DNA of 61,300 nt, the filler included, from Basidiobolus ranarum (taxonomy: Eukaryota), in the NCBI GenBank assembly GCA_040143965.1. It is 13 parts of 13 records of this genome, joined end to end, with 100 filler letters (N's around TTAATTAATTAA, not from the genome) between each part and the next. Parts side by side here need not be neighbours in the genome. Positions count along the whole stretch, not along the records: positions 9,480 to 14,116 come from JASJQH010008760.1; positions 14,217 to 18,851 come from JASJQH010008761.1; positions 18,952 to 23,581 come from JASJQH010008762.1; positions 23,682 to 28,309 come from JASJQH010008763.1; 9 more parts are not named here. One strand, written 5' to 3'. Each line of letters opens with the position of its first letter. Position 1 is the stretch's first letter. Below, in pieces: positions 11,718-24,419 of the stretch. The notes under the pieces are model-generated. The model searched no databases. It saw only the letters and a list, made by a program, of their open reading frames with translations, and was not told the origin of the DNA. The translations under genes and the position numbers were made by a program.

Positions 11718-12683
11718 ATGCGTGTTCTCTTAGTATTGCTGGCTGCTACGATCACTTGGCTAAACATCGAAGGAATCAACGCTGATAAGTTTCCCTATTG
11801 CAAAAATGAATACTCAATAACTAGTGCTCACTGTCAGTTTCTTCGAAAATACCCTAAAAACAATCGAAACTATGAGAAAAAAATCAAACAGCTCCCTATG
11901 GTGGATTTGGAACCTCAGCCCAAGCTTATGGCAAAAATGATAACCAATGTATTTGAATACGGGACCACAACATTTGGCTATGCTACATGTGCTAAGCTTG
12001 GTGATGGCCGTGGATTTACCTGTGGTCTTGTTGGCTTCACTACTGGTACAAATGATGCTTTGGCTGTTGTTGTAGCATATGATAAAGTCAAACCCAACTC
12101 TGAGCTGGCGAAGTTTATTCCGGAATTGACTCGTTTAAGCAAACTAGATTGGGATACTAGTGGGCGTGATGATACTAGTAAGCTTGGTGGGTTTACGGAG
12201 GCTTGGACAAAAGTTAGCTGTACGGACCCAGATTTCCGTGCAGTTCAGGATAAAATTGCCGATCACCTCTATCTTATTCCTGGTTTGCAACTAGGTGAGG
12301 CTGCGGGTATTAGTACAAATCTAGGTAAAGCCATAATGTACGACACTGCTGTCCAGCACGGATGGGAGGAAGACGACGGTATCAGTCTACTTACTATTCT
12401 CAACTTGGTTGGACCTCCAAATGGCAGAACTGAAGCCCAATACCTTGAAGATTTTATAAAGGTTCGCTGGATACTTCTTTGCTGTACCAAGGATAATGTG
12501 TGGCCAGCCTCAGCTGATAGAACAAGCGATTTGATGGAGGTTTTAAAAACCGGGAATTTTGATCTGAATCCACCGATTGACCTCAAGGCATATACTGCCA
12601 ATATCACTGGGAGCGAAGACCCTAGCAAAAACATCAAAGGGTGTAGTGGAAGCAAAAAAGATAAAAGTGGAGGTGGTCATTAA
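11718..12683 (+). CDS. Secreted chitosanase, glycoside hydrolase family 46 (intronless)
   Basis: Signal peptide; TNVFEYGTTTFGYATCAKLGDGRGFTCGLVGFTTGTNDA matches the GH46 signature (catalytic Glu and DGRG Asp); also DPDFRAVQD and YDTAVQHG. Confidence 0.9.
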   Translation: MRVLLVLLAATITWLNIEGINADKFPYCKNEYSITSAHCQFLRKYPKNNRNYEKKIKQLPMVDLEPQPKLMAKMITNVFEYGTTTFGYATCAKLGDGRGFTCGLVGFTTGTNDALAVVVAYDKVKPNSELAKFIPELTRLSKLDWDTSGRDDTSKLGGFTEAWTKVSCTDPDFRAVQDKIADHLYLIPGLQLGEAAGISTNLGKAIMYDTAVQHGWEEDDGISLLTILNLVGPPNGRTEAQYLEDFIKVRWILLCCTKDNVWPASADRTSDLMEVLKTGNFDLNPPIDLKAYTANITGSEDPSKNIKGCSGSKKDKSGGGH

Positions 12684-14216
12684 TACACTGATAAAAGGAA
12701 TCGCGATATCCAATAGAGGATCTATGCTCTAAACGTTAGAGTAAGTTTGTGAACATCCCGACTTTGATTCCTACTTAAAAAACGATTTTTCCAAATGGCA
12801 TTTCAAGAGCATTTTCTAAGTGTAGGATAGTACTTTATTCGCGTTTATGTTTCCCTTAGACCAGTGTATGCATTATCCTATGCAGTCCCTTCCGGTTAAT
12901 GGACTACTTTGGTTTTACTTGTATAATCAATAAAAAAAGGATCAATAGTGAAGTAATGTTGCATCTGTACGCTTTGAAGACTCTCAATAATCTCTAGAAC
13001 TTGTGGGCTCATTAAAGTGTTGATGTTGCGACTACCTTTGTCATGTTTAAATGTCCATATTGACCCAGTCTCTCTCAGATGACCATATGGTATCCTAGTT
13101 GAGTAATGCAGATATTCAGAAGACTCAAATTGAACATGTTCAGGTATACCAGTGCAGGCACTATTATCAATGATTACAACCGCAATATAAATATAACAAC
13201 CAACACATTAATTATCCAAATATATAATCAACGGTGTACTTTAGTCAGACATGATACCTATTTGACTGCACAACCACGAGTCGTCTTGCTGTAGTGAGCG
13301 ACCAGAAGTCTTTCCTAACCAGGTTTTTTGATTCTATATTTAAAAACGTTTCACGTACTATCAAGACACCTGTATCAAGAAGATCTGGAGAAATTGTATC
13401 ATGACACCAGGTCGAGTCATTCAACTTTTAGCTTGAAATAACTCCAAATATACGCAACCCATAGGTGCAACATAGCCCAATTAGCCATCAACGTCAATTC
13501 TCAAGTGATTTAGGCAAGCAAGGGCTATTCATATGACTACAAAGATCAATAATATATGTGGTTTTATTCATCAAGAAATAATGTGATGTGTCGTTGAGGC
13601 TGGACTAACGCAGACGCTATAATAAGATAATCATCTTGAAAATAGTGCCAGCGATCTATACATAAATATCAATATAATTCTGTAATCAAATAATCAATAT
13701 AGCTGAGTTGGCATAGCTCATCTGATCACTCGCATCAGATTGGAGCCTTAGGGTTGCAAAGTGAATGGTGAGTGGAATAGCAAACGCTGATCAGTATTTA
13801 CGATGCAATCTTAACGAGAATACAACCGCATCCCAAAACTTAAGTCGGATATCTATTTATTTTTTATATCAATATGCACTTACAACATCAGGGAACACCG
13901 ATTGGGTGGAGCTGGTGTTTCCTCTCTACAGACACCAGTAGCCAGGAGTTGAATCACGGTCTTGTAGCTCATTCGCTTAGAGGAGATATAATAATGGGGC
14001 AATGATGCGAACTTATTTTTGGCCTCTGATACTTGTAATGCTAACGATTGACTCTGATCTTTCACTGGGAACTACCCCCCAACTGAGCTCATCTAGGGCC
14101 TTCTAATTACCTGTTCNNNNNNNNNNNNNNNNNNNNNNNNNNNNNNNNNNNNNNNNNNNNTTAATTAATTAANNNNNNNNNNNNNNNNNNNNNNNNNNNN
14201 NNNNNNNNNNNNNNNN

Positions 14217-16599
14217 GGGGGTCATAACCAATAGAGACCTAGATGGATATCTATTCCTAAAATATACTGAAGTTGAAACCAATTCAGCCCAGAACTGTTT
14301 TGGTAAATATTGATCATGAAGCATTGATCTTATCTTTTTTATTACTGATCTGTTTGCATATTCTGCTAATCCATTATGTCACTGCAGTCTGCTGTTTTAT
14401 CCCTTGTGTTGAGTAGAAATTAGAGAAGAGTTTTGACGTATATTCCCCTCCATTAACAGTACAGATAATCTTTAGCATTGGACCTGATGCAGTCTCCACC
14501 ATTGGTTTAAGTTTCTTGAAGGTAACAAAGGCTTCATCCTTACTGGCCAGAAAGTACACCCAAGTATACTTTGTCTTATAAACATTCAAGGTCTTAAAAC
14601 CGCTTTTCCTACAAAGGATTTTGTCTGCATTGGGTCACACAGATCTGAGTGTATCAGGCCCAGTTTTTGATCAATTTGCCCATTCCCAAGCCTACAAATG
14701 GCTGTCTGTGTTGCCCACCATATAGGCAGCCTTGACATGGCTCCAGATTGGCAGGAATTACAAAATTTTGTCCCAAAACCATCTTGTTCTTGATTAAATT
14801 CCTCATATTTTAAGCTCTTAAATGACCCAATCTCCTATGCCATACTTTCCAGTCTATATCTTTGGCTGTGGCAGTGTAAGCTTGTTCATATAGCCTACAA
14901 GTTAATAAGCTTAGCTCCAGAAGCTATGTTGTTTCCTTAATGCTCCATGATTGTACAGCCATTCTGATCAAAATTAAAGCTTTATCTCTCAGATATAGCT
15001 TTACTCTCTGATAACAATTGTTTTGCTATCCCAGGCACATATAGCACATTTTCAGTGTCAAATAAATGTCCCCAGAGATGCCCCCAAGATCCACTTAAAG
15101 TTCTCAAACTCTCAGAGCTTCCAGTGGCAGGTCATCTCCCATGTAAACATTCTTTTTTATGTCAGTTTAGAATGTCTTCAACCAGTTTTTTGATTGGAAA
15201 AATGTTGAGAGGCTCCAGAATCAATATATCTTGTTCTACATTCTTGTTCAGAGGTCACTGAAAGTGCAGAAAAGAATAAAACTTCCTCTTTGGTTGTAAT
15301 CTGATTTGATTGTCCAACTTCTCATTTTTGTTGTAATTTCTTGATTTGCATTCATTTAACTGGGGTTCTGATTTGTTACATCCATGGCATAAACTTGGTT
15401 TCCTTCTTTATTGAGAAAACATAGGGTGTTTGGAGGAACTTTAGAAAAGTGGAGTTGTTAATAGCTTTTGTGAGAAAATTATTTATTGTCCAGAAATAAA
15501 GCTTTTTTACATGTTGGTGGAAATTTGGAAAACTAACACTGGGGTTGTGTTCAGAACATCTGTGGGAGTAAAATGAACTATCTTTGGGTAATTTGGACAA
15601 GTTTGAAATTTCCAATATGGAATTGCTAATTCTCACATTATTCACATATATGTATATTATATGTTCCGATTTTCAGTCAAGTGATATTTGACTAAGTAAT
15701 GTTAACTAACTTATATGTGATATATGAAATAGTTAGATGTATAAGGATAGAGATAACAAATATGATAAAGGCAATAAACTTCAACTGACAGAACAGTGTG
15801 CTAGCAGGCAACCCATGTCATCATGTACCCAGCTTGGTTTCTTTGTAGCCAATTATTTATCTCAATTGGCTAGTACTGCAACTTTTGACCATATAGACTG
15901 CAGTTCCCCACTGCTCTCAGGTACATAGTTCCATAATTAATCTTATCTCTATTGATTATCTATTAGGAACTGTAAAAAGGTGTGGTAATTCATGTAGTTA
16001 TATATATAAACTCTGAGTCACTTTGTATCAAGATGAATATCCTCTAAATCCTTATGACTGTTGAAACTACCATAGCCAAGCACCTATGTAGTCATATATA
16101 GCTAGTATTTAGTTATTCTATATTAAATTAAGATGTCACCCATTTTTCTTACATGGAATTTATCTGGAAAATTTTTACCAATTTATAAGTTCTTAGATAT
16201 ATAGATTTTTCAAAGTAAATTTCAATTGAGAAGAGTGAGTGCTATCTTAGTGAAATATAGGATAACTAAGTACTAAGATATACATGACTATATAGATGTT
16301 TAGACAATGCTAATTTCAACATTTGGGACCTTCCTTAACACATTCTATGCATTTGTTTATTTACCTCTTGATAAAACTATAAATGTCAACTTTCAACTCA
16401 ATATATCAATAAGTAAAACTAATAATTCTTCTAGTTCGAAAAATCACTTCCAACAAACTCCCAAAATACTTTAATAATGACATCTTCGAAATGGATCTAA
16501 AGTTACAAATCGTAATCACTGTATTCTCCTTAGCAGTAGTGAACAAGTGAAAGTGGTAGTAGAGATCTGGTTTGCTGCAAACTTGGGGCTCATAACTTG
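14217..16599 (-). mobile_element. Degenerate Ty1/copia element (PBS, gag, protease, integrase)
   Basis: Integrase remnants FLASKDEAF..IICTVNGGEYTS and RSMLHDQYLPKQFWAE..FRNRYP; on the minus strand the LTR end CA is followed by AGTTATGAGCCCC (16585-16597). Confidence 0.75.
16059..16476 (+). mobile_element. Solo copia LTR with TSD and internal inverted segment
   Basis: TGTTGAAA...ATACTTTAATA flanked by ATGAC (16054-16058 and 16477-16481); ~16215-16321 is an inverted copy of the LTR 5' part. Confidence 0.8.
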
Positions 16600-19500
16600 C
16601 TGTATGTATTTGCAACTAATTGGAAGTGGTAAGGATAATTATCTAAATACGTTGAAAATAAGTATCTATCTTTAGGTTATAAATGCAAAAAAACACCAAG
16701 CAAGTTGGGAGTAATGTTTGCGGAGTTTTTTCATTTCAAGATATACCAAATATAGATATTTTCACTTGTGAAATATTCGATAAATACACATTAAACATGC
16801 TAAACATGACGTATAAATATTAAAGTACTTAACTTCAATGTTTCAACAGGGCTGAGAAATATGTAGTGGTTTTCCAACTGCTCTGATCAAAAGACATACT
16901 GATAACATCCGCACCGCAATAATAATATAAACAATGAGATTTGGTCATTGGTTATTTAAATAGATATAAAGTCACATGTACAATAACCACACTACCTGCA
17001 AATCATGACAGCCACTTATCTAAGTTGGCCAAAATATTGGAATCGGTTGAAGATTTTTGATACATGTAGGAACTTTATTCACATGTACGAGGCCTAGATT
17101 GGAGGTGTTGAGGGCTAGTTTGAAAATGTGCTTTGTGTTCTATGCCTTATCCAGAAGAGAGGCAATAAATTCAATCAATCAGCGTATATAAACGCAACAA
17201 TAGCTGAGTAATACAGATTGTATGAAGACTTGGAAATATTGTTTTGGCGACATGACATCATCATAGGTAATTCACAGATAACCTAAAATCTACGTAGTCT
17301 ATCTAATTATAGCAATGGTAATTCATATAGAGCTTTATCAGTGCAGGCTTTTTGCTAGCTCTACCTATTCTTACACTGTATAGCTACTCACGAGACTTTA
17401 TAGTCAGGGCTACTTGGAAAAGCAACAGGGGCTATCAATGAATTGTTGCTTTGTTATAGTATGGCATTCACTCAACTTGTTACATCCAACGGACAAAATA
17501 TGAACTCTTCAACCGACTCGACGTCAGGAAGAGCCGAGCTAGTATAGAATGGAATCCAAGGCCGATCCATACATCCTAGATATCTTGTAAATAGTCTCTG
17601 TGCATGTCGCAATATATCCACCAATACCTATGAATATCTTCGAGTTGAGATCAGAAATTTCCTGTGCATTCACAAAGACAGAGACCTTTCCATCCATGTC
17701 GACTATATCCAATTGCTGCACCCAAGGGTTCTAGGCTTTGATGCAAGGGTTATTTGACAGAACTTGCTAATGACAAATTTGGATCTTATTATCCGGAAAG
17801 ATCCATCGATAGAATCCCAAGAACAATAACAAAGTGTAGAGCTTCGTTCACTGTACCATTACCAAAATTGAGCCTGGAGATCCATCCGGTAATCTCTGAT
17901 ATCAACATGGGTCTGTTCGTTCATTATCTATCATTTGCACATCCGCGTAGAATTCTGTAACATCTGTTACATTCAGTCCATCTTGGCGTAATTGGCTCAC
18001 AACAGAGCCACACTCCACGAGATGATCCACTAGCAAAATCACATTCCACTGCACAAATGGAGTATACGTCAAATCAGTGATCAGAATGACTTGTTGACAA
18101 CGGGCCATAATTGTACATGAAGCGGACCGGGTGTGGGTTGAACACAAGCACCCCTTCCCTTTCTGCGTGTAACTCCTTGGAAAGATAAGATTAACGTTTG
18201 GAATCAAGTTTTCTTTGGCATGCAAGGTCTATGATATACGGTTAGAAATGAAGTACTTCCCAGTCATCCGCATCCACACCCGCATCCACACCTACACCTG
18301 CCATATTGTTTAAATTGCACCATTTGCATTTAGCTGGTAAATCAGCGGCGTCCTAATTTGGTCATTACCCTGTCATAATATGGTACTAAGCTTTATTACG
18401 TTATTTGTACTACAAATGAGTATGACCATTACTTGATTTTCAGCGAACTGACGTGATACCATATTAAGCAGTCCGCGGCCGACCAGTCCCATTGGACGGT
18501 GGAGACGAATTAGGAGACCTATCAATCTAACCTGATTGAACGCGTCATCTAATGGCCGCGATAGAGCGAGTATTCCTGGCTTTATCAAACTTTGCAGTCA
18601 GTGGATTCTTGGATGTATGCCGTCGAATCCACACCTCCTCGCGAAACAGTAACAAATAAAGATGAAACTGCAGTCGGCGCAGCCATTTGTTCTTACCGAG
18701 TAAGCCTCGAGTTCAACAGCCCCGATCTACTGCCAGTTACTACGGGGCTATCCATCTGAGTTTGGAATTCGCTCGCCGTCGAGTGTTGCTGTAGACTGAT
18801 TAGGAAGCAGACGAGTGAATGGGAGGGGTTTGCAGGGCCACGAATGTAGACNNNNNNNNNNNNNNNNNNNNNNNNNNNNNNNNNNNNNNNNNNNNTTAAT
18901 TAATTAANNNNNNNNNNNNNNNNNNNNNNNNNNNNNNNNNNNNNNNNNNNNTTGGCATGTATACCATGATTATCAAAGATGCTAATATTATGGGCCACAC
19001 TGTATTGTAGTAAATACATGATTTGGTTGGTCAGGGTATATTATATGATATAGCACCATAGTCTGTAAGTATTAAGCATGGTGTAAACATTGCTTTGTGA
19101 TGCATGACATCAAACAATCGGAGCTATCTCTAAGAAGCACTCTCAATCTAAAGCAGGCACATCCTAGACACATGTTCCAAAAATTAAAATACTGAAGTCA
19201 AAGCCCAATAAGTATGCTTCAACAGACCAGGGGCACTAGACTCATTGCAGATCTTACCATACAGTGTCAAATTGAGCAGTTGCAATTTTAGCCTACACTA
19301 AGTATGAAGCACAGAGTTGATAAATAGAACTATTTCTAGAATGTACTAACAAGGAATCGTATATTTTTTTCCGTGACTCGTACCTATTTTAACATTAAAA
19401 ATCTCAAAGCAAGTATAAATTTGTCAATCACAGAATTTTGACATTATCGCATGGATATCTTAAGAAAAGCCAGTTTTTCCAGATATTCTATAGAGAAGTA

Positions 19501-19797
19501 TTTCAAGAAGCTCGGTTACATCCCGATATGTTAGAGTATTCATTTATTCAAAACATCACTTCGGCCATGTTGCAAGATGGGTGATATATACATCAGTGAA
19601 TATATTGGATATTCAATTGAGATGTTTGCCTATGAAATTGATTATAAATCCAATCGACATCAAACTCTGTACCCCCGAAATAGTCCGAAATAAAGGAGCA
19701 ATTCTGAGAGAAGATGGCGTGATGCATGTGGTAAACAACTATAAAAATCATTGAAGGTTCACTTCTATCTCGTACATTAAGCTATCGAAATCACACC

Positions 19798-20187
19798 ATG
19801 ACCGCCGAAGTTAGTCAAGAATTTGAATGGCCAAGCCAGGGACACGAGGTTAGTTACGAAGATATACGCCAGATAATTTCCAATCCGAGGGAGATTGTTT
19901 TGATTGATGTACGAGGAAGAGAAGAATTTAATATGGGAAATATACCGAATTCGGTGAATTTACCTTTGGATGAGTTGAATGATTCTATGAGTATCACAAA
20001 TGATGAATTCTTGAAAAAATTCGGTTTTATCCGCCCTCAGATAGATACAAAAATCGTATTAACTTGTCGCACTGGACGTAGAAGTGGTATCGCATATGGA
20101 CATTTATTGGATTTTGGATATAAGTCGGTATTGAATTATCCGGGTAGTTGGAATGAATATTCCGAGAGGATTTCGGGGAAACTGTAG
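19798..20187 (+). CDS. Single-domain rhodanese/thiosulfate sulfurtransferase (RDL1/TSTD1-like)
   Basis: LIDVRGREEF..GNIPNSVNLPL, active-site loop CRTGRR, YPGSWNEY; TATAAAA at 19740. Confidence 0.9.
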   Translation: MTAEVSQEFEWPSQGHEVSYEDIRQIISNPREIVLIDVRGREEFNMGNIPNSVNLPLDELNDSMSITNDEFLKKFGFIRPQIDTKIVLTCRTGRRSGIAYGHLLDFGYKSVLNYPGSWNEYSERISGKL

Positions 20188-20453
20188 TTAAAGAGTAAAT
20201 CTGCACAACTCTCTGTCTCTGTATGTCTTATTGAGGGATGAGACTGGTCTGACTCTCAACGATTGATGGAGTGGGCACTTCACCAAGAGACAAATAATAG
20301 AGCAAATCGTTAGAGAAATCGCCTTCCTATCCCAACCCAACCCAACCATTCCTTTCTTTCTTTCTTTCATTTTCTCCTAAATATGTGTGAATGTACAATA
20401 AAATGTGATGAAAGAGAAAAGAAGAATGGTTCTCTTTAATGGTCTATTCGTTG

Positions 20454-21994
20454 CTACAGTTGATTGAGTTTTTTGATTATCAATTCATAAGTTAAGATGG
20501 TCAACGCACTGGCAGGCACAGTTCGAAATAAGTTCGTTGGCATTCCCTTGTAGAAAGCGGTCCAACCTTCTTCCCGGTTGATGGTACTGATGGCGTGAGT
20601 TACTCCCAAATATTTGTACGGGGGAACAGTTTGATTTTGGAGTCTTGTACGAATGACCTTATTTAAAAGAATGAATGAAAGTTTGGTTGAGGCTAACAGC
20701 AAGTGACTTACCTCGTGAGGATATGTCACTATACTAGCGGCCATTTTTGATGCCGAAGAGGCAATTAAGATCGAGGTGGTTCCTAAAGGCTCTCCATTCT
20801 CAGGCCCTACGAACAACAATGTTGATTAGACAGAAATTCTCAAGTGAGAAGTGTCAATCTACATATACTAACGCAAGGAGATCTTCAACTTTTCATAGAG
20901 TGGAAACTGAACTGCCACATGTACGATTCCAAGTAAACTTGGTGTCAATCCTTTGTAAAATCCTCTCAACCCTTCATGCTTCCAAATTGTAGCGAAAGCA
21001 TCGAATGTGTTGCGATAATGATAGGCGGTGCGTTCCGATTGGGTCTAAAGTATCAACATGTTATTGAAGGATACATACTGTATGTTCTCTCTTCATCAAA
21101 CTCCTCACACTTGCGCCTGCACCTGCACCTACACCTTTACATTACATACCATGAACCGAGTTTTTATGACCCACAGTGGATTGGTCAAAATGGAGCTAGC
21201 AGCGCCAGCCCCCATAGCCGATGCGATATGTACCAGCACATTATCTTGAGATCTGTCTAGAAGGTTTCCTCGCATTAGTAAAGTGAATGATCCTTCTCAG
21301 TAGATAGCATATTCAAGATCATTGATAATAGAAGTAGTTGATCAATACACCTACTAGACTTGTTAGCGACTACTATTTTCAGATGATCGTAGACACTAAA
21401 ATAGATGGCCCAAGTTGGAAGATATCCGTAAATAGTTGGTCCCAAGCCACGATATAAACCCCGTATTCCCTCCTCTGCCCAAATTCTAGTGAGTGTTCCT
21501 ACAATTTTATGAGTCACTTGCTTCTTTGAAAAGGGAGACTTTTACTGAGTTAGAAAAGTATTTACAACCTGCTGTTCCTTTATAATTTTTATGTCCAAGT
21601 TTGGGTTCAGTTATACGGTGTCCTTGGTTTTGTAATCTGGTTTTTACCACATCTAAAGGGCATGTTAAGATTGAAGTCACACAACCAGCACCAGCTCCAG
21701 CGATGGTATTTTTCAAGTTATCTGAATTCCTATGTTTATATAGGTGAGTATATATTTCAGTATTAAGAACTTCATAAGGATAATTATTTTAAAGTAAAGT
21801 GAGTCTCTAGAATATCTAATAGTGGTTTGGTTTAACTACTGCAAGAATTTCAACCCATTTTCATATACAAAATGGAGGGGAAAACGTGGTGTAGAGGTAG
21901 GTTTTAAAGTATTTTCCCTTCCCTTCCCTTACTCCTCCTCCTTTTTAACTACAACATACCTAAGGTGAATCTGAAAGTTATTCCAACTTTCCAT
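20454..21994 (-). CDS. Mitochondrial carrier, NAD+ transporter NDT1/YIA6-like (multi-exon)
   Basis: Three carrier repeats (CPLDVVKTRLQ, NPLWVIKTRFM, YPHEV-IRTRLQ) and GYLPTWAIYF. Exon 1 (21994-21960, MESWNNFQIHL) splices in frame to 21729. Confidence 0.88.
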
Positions 21995-22890
21995 ATTGTG
22001 ACTGTTTGTTTGATTTCGGTCGAGTCACTCTAATGCAGGAAATGATATTTAAGTAGATGAGTGTTAAAGATGCTTGAGTGAGTTGAATCACGTAAGGTGG
22101 AGCGAATAGAAAGTAAAAGTGAGGTGACTATTTTGGTTAGAATTCTCTACAAGAAATAAGACGTGTGGTATAAAAAGAAGAGATGGAATTGTTAAGCCAC
22201 CAACGTCTTATAACCAGTATAAAATAACGATCACACTCTCACTTATTTGCAAGTAGTCCACCACGTACTAGGGAACAGAGAAATTACGAAATTACGAAAT
22301 GGTAATAAAAATTCCATCTGTATTTACGTATAACCAAGTAGCATAAAAGAATGGATAAAGCAACGTCATATTTCGCATTGGTTTGCTCGGTTTCAAGCCT
22401 GATTTCGAGTGTGGATGTTAGTCGAGGCGCTGAGTATGTCAGATGATATTCCTCACGTGATACACTGTCATGCTCTCTCTAATATATACAATATATTGAA
22501 TTACAAATCTCCCAAGAAATACGGAAACTGATATATCGCTTTGCATACCAAATCGCTCTCCATCAAAAGCTTATTCTATAAATATGGAATATCGTTCGTT
22601 TCTTAAATCCACGCTATTGAAGCATGGATCTAGCATGATTGGTGAGATGGACTCAGTAGTGTGACATTGAGGGGGAATACACAGAGAGTATTAGTAGCAA
22701 TAATTCAGTTTGTACCATTCTAACCAATCAACTGAGTATAAATGATGGCTATTCTCATAACTAGGACGAACATCCTTTTCAATTTCTTCTCTTTTTTTTA
22801 GCCTATTTGATTGACTTGTCGCTCATTTCAATTCTTTGGCCCGAAAAGTGCATTTTCACAATTGATTTTTAAAATCCGATTAGGGAAATT

Positions 22891-23581
22891 ATGAATCTTC
22901 GACAGTTACTTCTATTGTGGGTATGGAAGGTTTCGTTAGTGTGGGGACAAGCCACTGAGAATGTTAGACAGAATACATACGCTTTAGAGGATGGCCGGAC
23001 CATCTGGAATATCGCTAGAATACAAGATACCAACATATGGAAGAATAATCTTGATATATCACAACCAGGTGTTGCCGATGCACTTGACAAAAGTAGTCTA
23101 GACGATATGGTAGTGGTGTATGATACCAACCGTACGTTACTTTTTCAAAAGCCAGTTCCCAAGGTCATAAAAGATAAGGAAGCCCAATGGGTTTCTCTAC
23201 CCAATGGTGACTTAGGCTACTTTTATGTGAAATTTGGTACCCACACTTTGTATCTTCAAATCTATAGCCCCACCGGTGAACCCAAATTAGGTCCTTTCCC
23301 ATATAGTGAGGTTCTATGTTTTTCGGCGAGTGCTAGCTCTCAACGAGTAGATGGTCGTCATTACATAGCTGTGGCATTTGTGGAAACCAATTTGCAGGTG
23401 AAGTTATTACTATTAAATCCCGACGGAAGTCAAGTGAGTGACTCTATGATGATCACCAGTTCGTATGACGCTTCCGCTGTAGAGATTGACCACAAAATCC
23501 ACACTACCGCTGCTGCCGACGGAAGTTATTTAGTGATATGGTCGGATAAATCCAGAAACAATAACAAAGCGATACGTGCGG
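22891..23581 (+). CDS. Unknown protein with signal peptide, 3'-truncated by contig end
   Basis: 230 open codons, hydrophobic N-terminus, beta-rich pattern, normal CpG content; no family recognised. Confidence 0.7.
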
Positions 23582-23681
23582 NNNNNNNNNNNNNNNNNNN
23601 NNNNNNNNNNNNNNNNNNNNNNNNNTTAATTAATTAANNNNNNNNNNNNNNNNNNNNNNNNNNNNNNNNNNNNNNNNNNNN

Positions 23682-24400
23682 AGCTATATTTGCCAATTAG
23701 TGGTGGACAAAGTGCTACAAAACCAATAAATATCTGGTTGCTAAGATTAGGTGAACTCTTCACTCCTCATTAATTAAAGCTGCTTTGTTTACTGTAAGTG
23801 TAATTGGTGGACTAATGTTTCCAGTTTCAAAGAGTCCATAACAAAACCATTGTCTTCTTGATCTTGTGATATACTGCCATCATTGCCAGAATAACCAAGG
23901 TTTACATCCACCAACATGCCCTGAGAGTTTTCTGGACTTACTGGCTTGATGGAACATGTACTTCTAAGCACATCAGTCTGGTCATATAAGTGTGGTAACT
24001 GCACAGCATCATCACTTTCAACATTGTTAGATTAGGATAGCCAAAGTCAACATCTTGCTGAATGTTCTCAAAGTTCTCAAGACTTATTGGTTTTACCAAT
24101 CATGCACTTCCACTCACATCATATGAATCATATAATGGTGGTAACTCCACAGTATCATACATTTTGACAATGTAGCCCAAACTTTGTGGTAAGCATAGCC
24201 AATGAATTCAGTGGCAAAGCTAAAGTAGTCCCTGTGTGCTTAGGACTAGAGGACTTTCAGAATATTTCCAATACTAGATGGCAATTTAGACTTTTGATAA
24301 TTTATATCTAAGCAATTTCACTCTCCCAAGTGTTTAATATGAATATTTTAATATTGTAGCCAAATTTCCAGAATCTTAATCAAAGTTGGTTTCCAAACAC
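23682..24400 (-). pseudogene. Possible Ty3/gypsy gag-protease remnant
   Basis: RRQWFCYGLFETGNIS resembles a decayed zinc knuckle; CpG-depleted region. Confidence 0.3.
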
Positions 24401-24419
24401 TAGCCTGCTGGAAAGAGAG

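Noticed and set aside
6667-12683. Lipase plus chitosanase as a secreted-enzyme gene cluster
   Set aside because: They are on different contigs separated by an artificial linker.
14217-14230. TGGTTATGACCCCC (minus) as a third half-tRNA PBS
   Set aside because: It lies in the integrase frame (..RYPSRSLLVMTP) and is not next to an LTR end.
21105-21140. CACCTG/CACCTA short tandem repeat giving HLHLHL or CTCTYT ORFs
   Set aside because: Falls in an intron of the minus-strand mitochondrial carrier; simple repeat.
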